In this document: positions 36,086 to 49,200 of the stretch, one piece after another
Layout of the letters: the number at the start of each line of letters is the position of its first letter
Position numbering within the stretch: position 1 is the first letter of the stretch
Assembly: GCA_965112735.1 (NCBI GenBank)
Contig: OZ218959.1
Location: 2,604,001 to 2,668,000 of the forward strand
DNA length: 64,000 nucleotides
Direction: 5' to 3'
From: Phaeosaccion multiseriatum
Taxonomy: Eukaryota; Protista; Ochrophyta, other classes
The notes under the pieces: generated by a model
The model's database searches: none
What the model was told of the DNA's origin: nothing
Seen by the model: only the letters and a program-made list of their open reading frames with translations
Made by a program: the position numbers and the translations under genes

Positions 36086-37281
36086 GAGGAGGAGGAGGAG
36101 GAGGAGGAGGAGGAGGAGGAGGAGGAGGAGGAGGAGGAGGAGGAGAGGGAGGAGGAGGAGGGGGAGCTGTATCATCAGTGCCGTAGAACATGTAGGGTAG
36201 TGATAGTGGAGGGAAGATGTTTGTGGAAAAAGGAGGAGACGGAGAAGACTTGCTTGGGAATAAAGTGAAGGGTCACGTGGTGGGCGAGGGAGGGGGAGGG
36301 TGGGGGGGAGAGGCTTCTGTGTACGTCCGGCACGCAGCGACGAGGGAGGAAAGCCCAAGGGCCGCATTGCCGCTGATTGCATTTCATTGCCTCTCTATAT
36401 CACTCATCACACGTCGAGCAACATCGAGCAAGGGAAGAAGCAATCAAGCCATCAAGCGATTCGCTGCGCCGCCCTACCCTCCTCTCTGTACTACTTGGGT
36501 CGCACCTCCGAGGAGAATACTTCCCCTCGGTACGCCTTCCTGCACCATATCGGTAATGATTCCCTCCACCAAGGAGAGAGACTCATGTACGTGCTCAGGA
36601 TGAGGCAAAGCAAGTTCGAAGTCCAGCTCGCTCCTGTCACAACACAAAGACAGAGAGAGACAGTGAGAGGGTGAGAGCACAGACAGTCACAGAGAGAGAG
36701 AGAATTGCCATCACGGGGCGTGAAAGAGGGCATTCGCAACGGGAGATACGGGATCGGTCCGGGAACGGCCCGTAGAGGAGCAACGCAAGTCGTTTCTCCC
36801 ATCCACCAACTCACCTATCGAACCAAACGTTTACTCGCCCTCCACCCGCCATGGTGTATGGCCGCAGAGGGGCGGTGGGCATTGCGAGTTTGATCTGGTT
36901 CTCCCTGATATGCATCATAAGGCGCGACGGTACACGTGAGCTCAGCGGTCGACCTGTGGCTGGGAGTAAGGCCAAGACGAGGAGGACTGATCACACAGTT
37001 CCCACCTGAGGGTTTTCTCGAAGACGCCCCTCGACGCATAGCGGATGCCTTGTCGCAGGTTAGGGCCTGTGGAGGAAGAGAGGACCGGTACAGGGAAAGT
37101 TAGACTAACAAGGGAGAGAAGAGGAAGGGAGGCTGGCCTCCGCGCCACCTTCTCTCACAACAGCCACTGCCAACTTACCCGAGTCTCCAGAGCCGTGAAG
37201 AAAGATGACGCCACCCTTGTATGCAGCCCCTGGAGTTGCCGTACTCAAAGCTGCTGCTGCTGCCGCTGCTGCTGTTGCCAT
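35180..37281 (-). CDS. Phospholipase/carboxylesterase of the acyl-protein thioesterase family (LYPLA/LYPLAL1-like)
   Basis: Six exons give VIFLHGSGDSG, MPTAPLRPYTMAGG..VNVWFDR, ILLGGFSMGG (nucleophile GxSxG), LFLGHGTADGVIP (Asp) and EYEGLDHEL (His). Confidence 0.9.
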
Positions 37282-37563
37282 TCTTCTTAGGCCTCCCCTG
37301 TGCATGTGCTCAAAGGAAAGGAAAACCAGGAAGGAGGGTTGCCTATTCAGTCACGAAAAGACCGCGCTGCATCCCCATCGACCCCTTCTATGCTGTACCC
37401 TTCTCTACCGGGTTTAGATGGTCCCTATTGGGGGAAAGGAACTTGTTGCGGGCCCTGTCTCTCTATCTGTATGTCGCTGTGATTTCTTTTTTTCTTTTTG
37501 TGCTCTCTCCTGTCGTCAAGTTTGCTCGTACAGCCGTTGGTGATACATGATAGTCATCGAGCG

Positions 37564-37705
37564 TCGACCCCTGAAACTTGTGTCCGCTATCCGCTATCGC
37601 CGGCGCCAGCCGGCCTTGGGGGGTGCTATCCGCTGTCGCCGGCGCCAGTCGATCCGCTATCCGCTATCGCCGGCGCCAGCCGATCTGCTATCCGCTATCG
37701 AGAAT
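37564..37705. mobile_element. Degenerate small TIR element containing about 3.5 copies of a ~31-bp unit (GCTATCCGCTATCGCCGGCGCCAGCCGA)
   Basis: Starts TCGACCCCTGA like the copy at 38537; the tandem units are seen directly; the right end is decayed. Confidence 0.55.
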
Positions 37706-38536
37706 GTGGGCGATAATGCATCAGATTCCACCACCCCTACCCGCCGAGTGCGAGCAACGTGCAACAGGGCGCATCCCTAGAAGCGATTCCGCAGGGCGAT
37801 CCTTCGTTAAAGGGCGATGCGGATGGGCTCTCCAACACGCCCCCAGCGGTGTGCGTCTCAGTGCTTGCAGTCAATCTATGCATGTTAGTCATTCATTTTT
37901 CTTTCTTTCATACGTACCTATACTACTTGATTTCGAATTGGTTAAATACCGAATTGGGTGTATGCGCAAAAAAGGATTTTGGGATTTGGGATTTTGGCGT
38001 GGCAAATCCCGCGAGTCCAAAAGGCAGGATTTGGGATTTTTTCCCGCACAGAGGGCGTTTGGCGCGGCAAATCCGGCGAGTCCGTGTTGTTTCCGGGGGG
38101 ACGGAGCGAGGCAAGCAAAAGGGTAGCGAGGGGGGGAGGGTTGATGAGTACGCGCAAGTAGCAGAGGAGGGGGGTGCCGCCTGCCTACTTACAATCTGCT
38201 CTTTATCCCGGCAGTGGGTGTTCCCTGGCCGCATATGGACCTCCTGGGGAAAATTTGGGTATTCCTGGAGTAAGAAGGTGGCGCGCATGTTTATGCCGTC
38301 GACCGCGAGCCCGACCGGAAAAGGAATAAGAAAAGAAATTTGAATTTGATGGCGAGAGGGGGCGGGGGGAAGGGGCGGGCGGGCGGGTAGGAGAGGGACA
38401 GCAGTAGGTTAGGACAGAATTTGGTGAGGCGGATAACATACAGGTGCTACTCACATTCATCTCCGAGAGCTGTCTTCAGCCTTCTTGGTCAGTTGCTTGT
38501 CGTACGTACGACACTGCCGTTGGCTCCCCCAGCCGA

Positions 38537-38695
38537 TTGACCCCTGACTTGTCCGCGGCGCAGCCGAGGTGCTATCTGCAATCGGCGGCGCCAGCCGGCG
38601 TGCTATCTGCTATCGCCGGTGCCAGCCGACGTGCTATCTGCTATCGGCCGGCGCGGGGCTCCATAGCATGCTATCGAGACTGCGTCAGGGGTCGA
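38537..38695. mobile_element. Small TIR element nested in the 2.4-kb transposon, with three ~31-bp internal units
   Basis: Imperfect TIRs TTGACCCCTGAC ... GTCAGGGGTCGA. Units GTGCTATCTGCTATCGCCGGYGCCAGCCG match the 37564 copy. Confidence 0.6.
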
Positions 38696-39918
38696 CGGCT
38701 ATTGTTGATTTCGCAAGCAAGCAACAATGGGACAGGAGTAGGGATGGGAGGGGGGGGAAGAGAGAGAATGAGCCGCAGGCGTGGCGAAGCCGAAGGGAGC
38801 GAGATGAAGCAAGTTAGGTTGCGGCGCCTACTTACTGGCTGGGGAGATGTTCGGTTTCATCAGCATTTCGCTGAGTCTAGGCCAAACAGTGTGATTTGCT
38901 ACTCAGGTGATGAGGCACTGGGCTGTGCCAAAGAAAAGCTAACAAGCAACGAGGGGGGGGGGGGGGGGGGGGATAATTGTGGGTTACAGGGGGGGGGGGG
39001 GGGGTCGAGCGAAGCCGTAGGAAGCAAGATAACTTACGGTGTTGCCTGTGGTCGAAAAAAAAATAAAAAATAAAAAAATAGGAGAGGGGACGCATCCTCC
39101 GGCGGCTTGGAGTTGTCGTCTGGCTGCGGCGTGGCTGACGGCTTGTCTCCAGGCGGCGCCGTTGCTTGCTGTTGGCCTGCGGTGGTGGCGGGGGTGTCGG
39201 GCACAGCAGCCAGCCAGGGGCAGCAGGCAGTGCATAGGTCAGTCACTATCAGCACAAAGAGGAAGAGTACTACAGTGGAGGCTCCTTGGCTACTCACAAG
39301 AACCGCCACACGGCAAGCAAGTGGCAGAAGGATTGGAGCGAGAGGCATCAAGAACAAGAAAGAACGGAAAAAGAAAGTCAGAGCCACATTAATGCTCCTT
39401 GCTCACCGCGGTAAGACGTGGCGGCGGCTGTGATGACCACCACCAGGCTCGTGTTGGTGACGGCCGCGAGGACGCCCGCCCGGATTCACACTCTTATGTC
39501 CTCCCCCCCCCCCTCGCCCACCGATCCGAGGGGGGAAATGATTGTCTTGCTGGCACTGCCGCCTTCTGAGAAACTTTCTCACGGGCCGTTTTTTTTTCTC
39601 GAAAGGGCGGCGCTGACGCACACTCCGACGAACGCAGGGGGGGAAAGGCAAGGGGTACTCCTTGACGGAGGGAACAAAAGTCAGGGGGGGGAGAATAATA
39701 AGTTTAAGGGCGTTGGCCCTCCCAAATCCATTTTGGACGCGAAAAGATGGAGCCAAAAGACGGATCCAAGCCAAATCCCCTCCAAGTTTTTTTTTTGGAT
39801 TTGGATTTTGGAACGAGGCAACGTTTTGAAAGTGCCATACCCTTTCCCACGAGCGACCCCTGCTCCACTGGTCCCTGAGTTTGATGGTCAAGTACTATCA
39901 GCACCAGCCAGCCCACAA

Positions 39919-40261
39919 GATGGACCAGCGTCGGAAGAAGGCGCGGGAAAGCGTTAGCTATTCACATCTCAAATGCCCTTCTTCTTCTTGAGGCGTGTTC
40001 GGTGACCTTCCTCCTGGCTGACCCACCCCACGGAGGACCCTGAGCGTACGGAAGGAGGAAGCGGGACGGAAGAGTTCAAAACCTTTTCTAGCTCCTACTA
40101 CCCGAGACCGGCCGCGCTTTCCCGGCCCGGCCGGGTACTAGCTACGGAGGGATGTCGGGCTGGACAGCTGGACGTGTGAAGAGTTCTACAGCCTCTTCCG
40201 CTTCAGGCGTCCTGACATACAGGAGGTGATGCCCGTGGCTGGATCCTGTGAGTTAGTCTAG
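39919..40261 (+). pseudogene. Truncated, disrupted N-terminal fragment of a Harbinger/DDE_Tnp_4-like transposase
   Basis: RRDVGLDSWTCEEFYSLFRFRRPDIQEV resembles the F-x3-FRF/M-x3-I/F motif preceding the HTH of PIF/Harbinger transposases. There is an in-frame TAG just upstream and no catalytic domain. Confidence 0.5.
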
Positions 40262-40377
40262 CTAGGTGTGTTTGCATTTGCTTGGGGCGCTGCTTTCCCA
40301 AAAAAAAAAAAAACACAAAATCAAAAATCCTAAATCCCAAATCCCGACTTTTCGCATACACCCAAATAAGCACGGGC

Positions 40378-42519
40378 TCACAATTGGAAAGCCAATCCTG
40401 CTTCGTCGAGATCGAGGCCATAGATGCGATCCTCCAAGTCCTCCTCCTCCTCGTCGTCGTCGTCTCCCTCCCCTCCCTCTTCCTCTCTTTGCTGATGCTG
40501 CTGCTGCTGCTTCTGCTGCATCCCCGAGGCCTCGTCATCATGCAAATATGACAGCCCCAGGGCCCGACACAACGCGTCCGCCTGCTCGTCTTCCTCTCCT
40601 TCTCCTTCTCCAACGCCCTCTGTTGTTCCGTACGTGGGTGCGTGCGTGTCCTGCTCCAGCCCTTCGTGCCGGCCTCCTTCTTCGTCGGCGGAAAACTGGC
40701 TGCTGGAGGAGGGGGAGGGCTCACCAAGAGGCGAGAGGAGCTCCATTTCGTCGCGGCTGAGGTCGTGGAGCTTGGTGGAGCTGATGATGAGATCCAGGTT
40801 TTCTTCCTCTGAGTCGTCTCCTGTTTGGGGGGGGGAGGAGGCAAAGGCAACGAGGCGGAGGGAGAGGGAGGGGCAGAGGTAGGAGGAGGAGGAGGAGGAG
40901 GAGGAGGAGGAGGAGGAGGAGGAGGAGGAGGAGGAGGAGGAGGAGGAGGAGGAGGAGGAGGAGGAGGAGGAGGAGGAGGAGGAGGAGGAGGAGGAGGAGG
41001 AGGAGGAGGAGGAGGAGGAGGAGGAGGAGGAGGAGGAGGAGGAGGAGGAGGAGGAGGAGGAGGAGGAGGAGGAGGAGGAGGAGGAGGAGGAGGAGGAGGA
41101 GGAGGAGGAGGAGGAGGAGGAGGAGGAGGAGCAGGGGCAGAGGGAGGAGGAAAGACAGGGGCATGGGGTGTGGGGGGAGAGTATTTGAGCGATAAGGGCC
41201 ATCACACTTGAGAAGGTCCCAAAAAAGGAGGGGTGGGGAGGAGGAAGACAGACGCAGGAGGGGGGGGGGCGGTGGTGCGATGGATTTATGGGGAGGAGGA
41301 ACGGTCCGGGTATCACACGCAAACGCAGTCAGTACGTCCGGCATTCCAAAGTCGCCCCGTCGTCTCCTCCAACCCACCTCCTCCAACCCACCCACCCCTC
41401 GCCCCTCTTACCTTGAACGACTTGGGGCTGCGGTGAGGGTAAGGGCGCGGTCGAGCTTGTGAAGGAGCGAAGTCGGATGGCGTTAAGGGGTGAGGGGCCG
41501 CTGCTGCCGAGCTCTGTGGTGCCGCCTCCTCTCGCGGCTGTGCTCACCTGTGGCAGTCGGGAACAAAGCAAAAGCATAGAGGAGGATGTCAGCACAAGAC
41601 GGCCCAACCGACAATACAGAGGGGAAGAGGATGAGGGGGGTGGAGGACGAAGATGTACAGTAAAGAGAAGTGAAGTAAGGCGAGGTGAGGTGGCACTCTC
41701 ATAAGCCGAGTGGAGCGCTTCTCCTCCTCTCCCTAACGTCGTTACACCGTTACATCTCCACGCTCACCGATCTGCCGAAGGCCCTGACCAGGGCACTCTT
41801 GATAGGGCTTTGCTGCGAATGGTGGAGCTCGATTTGCGTCTCTTGCAAGCGAGCCATTACCTCGGTATGCTGACAATGAGGCAGGGAGGCAGGCAGGGAG
41901 GGAGGAAGGGAGGGAGGGAGGGAGGGAGGGAGGGAGGGAGGGAGGGAGGGAGGGAGGGAGGGAGGGAGGGAGGGAGGGAGGGAGGGAGGGAGGGAGGGAG
42001 GGAGGGAGGGAGGGAGGGAGGGAGGGAGGGAGGGAGGGAGGGAGGGAGGGAGGGAGGGAGGGAGGGAGGGAGGGAGGGAGGGAGGGAGGGAGGGAGGGAG
42101 GGAGGGAGGGAGGGAGGGAGGGAGGGAGGGAGGGAGGGAGGGAGGGAGGGAGGGAGGGAGGGAGGGAGGGAGGGAGGGAGGGAGGGAGGGAGGGAGGGAG
42201 GGAGGGACAGACGGACGGGGGAGGGAGGGAGGGGGAGGCAGCAGCAGCAGCAAGAGGAGGAAGAGGAGGAGGGGGGGGAGAGTAAGACAAGCCATACTTG
42301 ACCTCATATTACGATATGAACACCTCCTATCGTTATCAAGAGCACCTCGACTTTCTTCTCTATGGCCGGCCCTCGCTTGGTGCCAGCCATCACTCACCAC
42401 AAACTTGAGGTTGAGAAGCTCCTTGGTCAGCTTCTGGCAGTCGTAGTCCTGACACCCGATACGTAGGTAGGCAGCAAAATGACAGCAAAGGAGAGATGGT
42501 GGTAGCGAGCGAGAAAGAG

Positions 42520-42558
<39 letters not shown>

Positions 42559-43163
42559 GTGCGAGAGAGAGACAGTCAGAGAGAGGGCGAGGGGAAGATA
42601 CAGAGACTGAGAGGGGGAGATGCCCCCCCCCCTCGAGGGCAGAAGGGCCCTGCTGCGGTGGTGTGGGTTGAGCTTGCTCCACCCCCCCCGTCTCCTCCCC
42701 CTCCCTCTTGTCCCTCCGCCTTTTCCCCTTCTCACCTTCTCCATGAGCTCCTGCCTGGCCGTGGCGGATTGCAGCGTGGCGCGGACAAGCTTCACCTCCA
42801 ACGCCTCCGGTCGCTCCGTCTCCTTCTCCGGGTCCACCTTGCTTCCACCACCTCTCCCACCCTCCTCCTCCTCCTCCAACTGCTGTTGCTGCTGTGTCAC
42901 CAACTCTCGCTTTTGCCGCTCTTGCCCAGCCAAGAGGTCCTCGAGAGAGTGACTGAGCGTCTCGATGCTTCTCTGCTGCTCCTCCAGCACGGCGTCCTTC
43001 TGCTTGAGACTCTTCTTGACGGCCTTCTCCATGTCCTTGTGTGCTGCACACATGTCTCTCTCGTGGCCGCACACCTTCTCCAAACGCGCCATGTTGCGCT
43101 GTGAGAGCTCGAGCTCATGTGACACCTCAGAGAACTTGTGTGTAACACCAACGTGTGTGTATG

Positions 43164-43244
<81 letters not shown>

Positions 43245-46200
43245 GTGTGAGTGTGTGTGTGTGCGTGTGTATGTGTGTGTGAGAGTGTGTGTGTGTGAGT
43301 GAGTGTGTGTGTGTGCGTGTGTGTGTGTGCGTGAGTGTGTGTGTGTTTGTATGTGTGTGCGCGCGTGTGTGTGTATCAGTAGAGTGGTTGTGCATTCGTG
43401 TTCGTGTTCGTGTTCGTCGTCGCCAAGAGTGAGAGAAGGTAGAGAGAATGAGATACAATTGTGAGAGGGAGGGATGAATGAACAAAGGAATGAATGAGCA
43501 GCAGGCGGACTTAGAGTATGAAGGGGGGCAAAGGAAGAGAGCGGCCATGCAAGCGCGTATGCATGTGTTCATACCTGCGACTCCTTGCTGTCGAGCTTCC
43601 CCTCCAAGCTGGCGATGAGGGATACTTGCTCTCCGATCTTCCTCACGTGGTCGTGAAGCACCGTCTGGGCGTTGAGAAAGAGGAGTCATGCCATGTCATC
43701 CAACGAGAGAGAGAGGAAAGAGAGGGAAGAAAGATAGGGAGAGGGACACAGAGAAGACAGAGAGACGATAAGAGCGAGAGTCAGAGAGGGAGAGAGAGAG
43801 AGAGAGAGAGAGAATGAGGGAGAGCACGCACAGACACGCACGCACCTGCATCTCTTGCACGGCAGTGGACTGCTCCTCCACAGCGGCCTTGAGTGACGCA
43901 CGCTCCCCGCTCCAGACCTCCACCTCCCTGTCCTTCCTCCCCAGCGCAGCCACCAACCGCGCCACCTTCTCTCTTCCATCCCTTAGCACGGTGGATTGCA
44001 GCTTAGCCTCTGCTTCGAGCACCTGTACACGAGCCGCCGCCGCCCGGGGGCTATGCACGTTGCCGTTGCCGTTACCGTTGCCGTTGCCGTTATCGTTGTC
44101 CTTGTTGTTGATGCTGGCCTTTAGGTCGTTTAGCTCGGAGGCGAACCTTTCCCGCTCCACCCGAATGCTTTCCTCCGAGGCTTGCCTCAAGGCCCGCAGC
44201 TCCTGTTCGCTCGCACTCAACCTCGCCTGGAGTGTCTGAACCTCCAGAGCCGCAGCCGCAGCAGCCGCTCGTGCCTCTCTCTGATCTTGCTTGGCCTTAT
44301 CCTCCTCCTCCCCTGCCGCGCTCGCTATGGTGGTGCGCATCATCTGCTCCTCGAGGGCAAGTGTCTGTCGCTGTATCACCAACTCCTGTGCTTTGCTTTC
44401 CGCCTCTGCCTCCGCTTGAGACACTTTAAGCACGGCCAGCTCCTTCTCTAGGGTAGCTCGAGTAGCCTCTGTCTCGGTCAGTCGAGTCGTCAACTGAGCA
44501 ACCTCCTTCGCCAGAGCCCCTGTTTGACTCAATGCGGTATCCTTCTCTTCCGCCGCCGCTTTGAGCCTCTCCTGTACCTTCCCAATCTCATTCATCGTGC
44601 TATCGCGCTGTCGTATTGCTCCCTTGAGAAGCGCATTAAGTCGTTCAAGCTCGTTGACAAGCGCTCCCTTCTCACCCAATGCGCCCCTCAGTTGAGCGTT
44701 AAGTGCCTCCCTCTCCACGCTCAGAGCCTGGGCCTCCCCCTCCCCCTTCCCCTTGTCCGCACGTGCCCCCTCCAGGGTCGTCGCCAGTTGCTCGTTTTCC
44801 GCACGTGCCTCCTCCAACGCCATTGCCAACTCCCCTCGAAGCTTCTCCTGGGTCCCCACCGCCGCCGTCAGTGACTCCACTTGCTCCTCCAGCCCTTCCT
44901 TCTCCACCTTCGCCTGCCGTACCGCCTCCTCCAACCCCTCCACGAGCAAGGCCAGCCTCACCTCCTCCAGTCTCTCTCTCTCTCGCCCCTCCTCGGTCAA
45001 GGCGGTTGCCCGTGCGGCGTACTCCGTCTCTGCAAGCTTAGAAGCCTCTCTCAGCTCCTCCAGCTCTGCACAAAGGTGTGTCTTGTCACATTCCCACGAT
45101 GCCAGCAGCGCGGCCCTCGCCTCCTCTGCCTCCTCCGCCTCCTTCTGCTGCTGCTTCACCTTCGCTTCTGCCTCCTCCTCCACTTGCCTGACCCGCTCCG
45201 CCCACTCCTCCGTTGCACGAGACAATGCATCTAACCCTTCCACCCTCACTGCCTCCACCTCCTCTTTCCTTTGCTCTTGCTCACTCCTCAACTCGCTCGC
45301 CAACGCTGCCATTTCCTCCTCGTGTTTTCGTGCCCGGGTATTTGCAACAACGATCCTCGCCTCCTCTGCGCTCTCCATCTCCCGCCGAAGTGTCTCTCCT
45401 TGCAGACTCAGTGCTGCTTCGCTCTCCGACACCACGCGTTGGAGATGCTCCACTTCTGCCGACTGCTGCTGTATCACCAACTGCTGCTCTTGCTCCCTCG
45501 TCTCAGCGACCGTCTCGGCCACGCGAAGACGCTCCTTCGCCTCTGTCGCCTCCCCCTCCGCTACACCCCTTGCGCTCTCGAGAGACTGCGACTGTATCAC
45601 CAACCTCTCCACCTCCGCCTGAGCGCTCATCTTGCTCTCCTTCTCCTCTGCCAACAAGCTCTCCACTCTCCTTACCGCCGTGCCGCGCTCCTCCTGTGCT
45701 TCCATCAGCGCCTTCGCCCCTGCCTCGATATCCTTGGCCAACTCCTCAACATGATGAGCAAGCGCTTCCTCCCTCAATCTGGCACTCTCCTTGTCGGACT
45801 CCGAGGCGGCGTTCACTCTCCCCGTCTCCTCCTCCGCCCGCACGACTGTCTGCTCGAGCTTCTCTTTCAGTGCGTTGACCTGCCCCGTGAGTGCGTCAAT
45901 CTGCCCTGTGAGCTCCTGCGCCACAGCGTCCGCCGCTCTCTGAGCAGTCTCAGCACTCTCCCGCACCTCTTGCACTTGACGCTCTGCCTCCTCCTTCGCC
46001 TCCTGCTCAGCTTGCTCCTTTACTTGTTGCTCAGCTTGCTGCTTAGCCTGCTGCTCGGTCTGCTCCCTTACCAGCTGCCTAGCCTGCTGTAGCTCATGTG
46101 CGTGGTCCTGCCGCAGCTGGACCAGCTCTGCCTCTCTCACCTCTTTCTCCTCCCTCCACTGGGCCTCTCTCTCCTGTCTCTCCTGCTGGCTCTGAGCCTC

Positions 46201-49200
46201 GATTTGCGAAATGTTCGCCAAAAGCTGCGCCGCGGTCCCTTCCATCTTCCCCTCTAACTCCCTCCCTCTCTCCTCAGCCTGCCTCACCCTCTCCTCCGCC
46301 TCTCGCTCCACCTCTCTCGTTCTCTCCTCGGCTGCTTGCATCTGCCCCTCCCCCTCCACCACCTTTTCCTCGGCCGCTTTCAACCTCTCCTCGGCCTCTT
46401 TGCTCGCCTCAGAAGTCTCCTTCCGCACCTCCTTCACCTTCTCCTCTATGGCTTGCATCTGCCCTTCCACCTCCTTCACCCTCTCCTCGGCCGCTTCACT
46501 CTGTCCCTGCATCACCCTCAGTCTCTCCTCGGCATCCCCCTCCACCCACCTTACCCTTTCCTCAGCCTCCCTCTGTGCCTCAGAATGCTCTTGTCGCATG
46601 CCCCTCAGTGTCCCCTCGGCTGCTTCCAGCTGCTCTTTCATCTCCCTAACCCTCGCTTGGGTCTCCTCCTCAGCTTGCTTCAGCCTCTTCTCGGCCTCTC
46701 TCCCCCTCTCCTCTGCCTCCCTCACCCTCTGTTCTGCTTGCTCGATCTCCCTCGTCGCCTTCGATACCTCCTCCTGGGCTTCCTCTTCCCTCTCCTTGGC
46801 TTCCTTTCCCCTCTCTTTCGCTTCCTTCGCCTGCTCGTCTCTCTCCTTCGTAAGCGCCTGCACCTCCTCCCCATGCGCAACCCTCGCGGCCTCGGTAGCC
46901 ACTGAAGCCGCCTCTACAGTAGCCAGAAGCCTCTCTTCCCCTTCCACTGCCTTCCTCTCGGCCTCCACCAAAGACTCTTCCAGTCGACCCTCTCGAGTTC
47001 GAGCTTCCTCCAGCTGCCCCTCCAATCCTCCCCTGTGTCTCAACCCTTCCTCCACACTCTCTCGCAAGCTCTCCACCTCCTTTTCCAATCCTACCAACCG
47101 TTCCGCTCGCTTCTCACTCTCCTCCAGCGCCTCCCGCCCCTTACACTCCTCCTCCAGCGCCTCCCGTGCCTCCCCTAGTGCCCTTTCTTTGCCCTCCTCC
47201 GCCTCTCGGAGCTGCTCCTTCAGCCCCTCATTTCCCTCCTCCACCTCCTTTAGCCTCTCCTCTACCGCCTGTAACGCCTGTAACTGCCCTCTGAAACGCT
47301 CCTCCCCTGCTGCACAAGCCTCTCTTGCCACCTTTGCCTCTTGTACCGCCTCTGCGGTCTCTGCCCGCAGATGGGCGTCTATGGCTTCTCTTCTTGCCTC
47401 CAAGCCCTGCCTCTCCTCCTCTGCCCGTCCTGCCTCTACCTCTAATTGCTCCTGCCTCTCTTGGGCCTCCTTCAGAGCTGCACTTAGTCCCTCCTTGTCC
47501 TTCTCGTGCTGCTCCTGCCTCTCTTGGGCCTCCTTCAGAGCTGCACTTAGTCCCTCCTTCTCCTTCTCGTGCTGCTCCTGTCTCTCTTGGGCCTCCTTCA
47601 GAGCTGCACTCAGACCCTCCTTCTCCTTCTGATGCTGCTCTGCTTCCTCCGTAGCGCTGTCTCGCTCATCCAATGCCTGCTTGAGTGCCTCGTCCACGCG
47701 CTCCATCTCAGAGCGCAGCATCTTGGTGACCATCTCCGCTCCCGCCTGCGTTTCCCTCTGCTTGCTCTTCGCCGCCTCTCGTATCACCAACTGCTCCTCC
47801 ACGGCGGCCTGCTCTCGCGCCTCCGCCTCCCCTTTACTCTTCTCAAGTGCCTGGACCTGTGCGGAGAGGACAGAGATGTTCTGCTCGTGTCCTGCCCGCT
47901 CCTCTGCCCATCGCCGCTGCTGCTCTTCCGCCTGCTCCCTAGCCTCTCGGCCTGCCTCCTCAGCCTCCTGCTGCCGCTGCTGGTCAGCCTCCGCCTTGCT
48001 CTTCTCAAGCGCCTCTATGTGCTCGCTACTCAGGCGGGCCAAAGCCTCCGCCAGGGCCTCCTCCCCCTGCCTTACGGCTGCTTGCATTGCTGCTTGCTTC
48101 TCCTCCTCTGCCTCCGCGCGAGCACCCGCCAGCGCAGTCGCGAGCTCCTGCCTGCCCTCCTCTCTCGTCTCCTCCCTCACCTTCCTGCCCACCTCTGCTG
48201 CTCCCTCCTCCCTCACCCTCTCCTCGACTCGCCTCACCCTCTCCTCGGCCTCCTTCTCTACACTCTCAAGCGCCAGGACATGCTGGGCGGCCGCTGCATC
48301 CGCCGATCTTCTCCACTCCGCGTCGTGCTCCTCCTCTGCCCTCCTCTGCCGCTGCCTCTCGCTCTCCACTGCCTCCTTCTTCTCGGCCCCGAATGCTTCC
48401 TCCCTCGCTGCCGACGATACTCGCACTGCCTCGAGCTCCTCCTTGAGCCTACCCACCTCAGTAGCCCGCTCCTCAGCCACACGATTCATCTCAGATACTG
48501 CCTCTACTCGCGCCGCCTCCTCTCTCTGACGTCCCTCTTCGGCCTCTGCGGTCAGCGCCTCCACTTTCGCAATCATGTTCTGCAGCTCTTCGGATTGCCT
48601 CTGCACCGTCTCCTCCTGCTCCTCCAGTCGCTTCCTCTCGCCCTTCCTCTTCTCCTCCTGGTGCGCTCTCTCTCCTTCCCTCTCCTCCTCCTGCCGCGCC
48701 CTCTCCTCCTCTCGGCCGCGCTGCTCCTCTTTCTGTAACGCCAGTGCCTTTTTTAGCTCCTCCACCTCTCTTCCCCTTGCCTCTCCCTCGTGGCTCATGT
48801 CCTCATTCTCCGCCTTGATCTGTGCCAACTGTGATTTTAGCTCGGCTTGACGCTCCAACTGCTCCTCCAGAGAGGCCTGCGCAGAGGAGCCTATCTCATC
48901 CACTTGCTGCTGTAGCACCAATAGTTCTGCTTCTTTGACTGCGGCAAGAGCGTCAGCAGTGGACTTGGCTGCTTCGGCGGCTTGGGCTGTGAAGGGAGGG
49001 GATGAGCGGGAGGGAGGGAGGGAGGGAGGGAGGGAGGGAGGGAGGGAGGGAGGGAGGGAGGGAGGGAGGGAGGGAGGGAGGGAGGGAGGGAGGGAGGGAG
49101 GGAGGGAGGGAGGGAGGGAGGGAGGGAGGGAGGGAGGGAGGGAGGGAGGGAGGGAGAGAAATGTGTGAGACATACACACACCCTAACCATATCCCTAATC

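Larger units (their letters stand above)
37955..40364. mobile_element. 2.4-kb non-autonomous DNA transposon, PIF/Harbinger (PHIS)-like, with AAT target-site duplication
   Basis: Left TGGGTGTATGCG (37955-37966) and right CGCATACACCCA (40353-40364) are perfect inverted termini, extending imperfectly over about 40 bp of GGGATTT-like repeats. AAT flanks both ends (37952-37954, 40365-40367). An internal transposase-like relic is present. Confidence 0.75.

Noticed and set aside
37583-37702. Possible CRISPR-like array
   Set aside because: The units are contiguous with no unique spacers, there are no cas genes, and the context is eukaryotic. It is better explained as internal repeats of a small TIR element.
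44753-48738. Long plus-strand S/L-rich ORFs
   Set aside because: They are antisense shadows of the kinesin coiled-coil exon.
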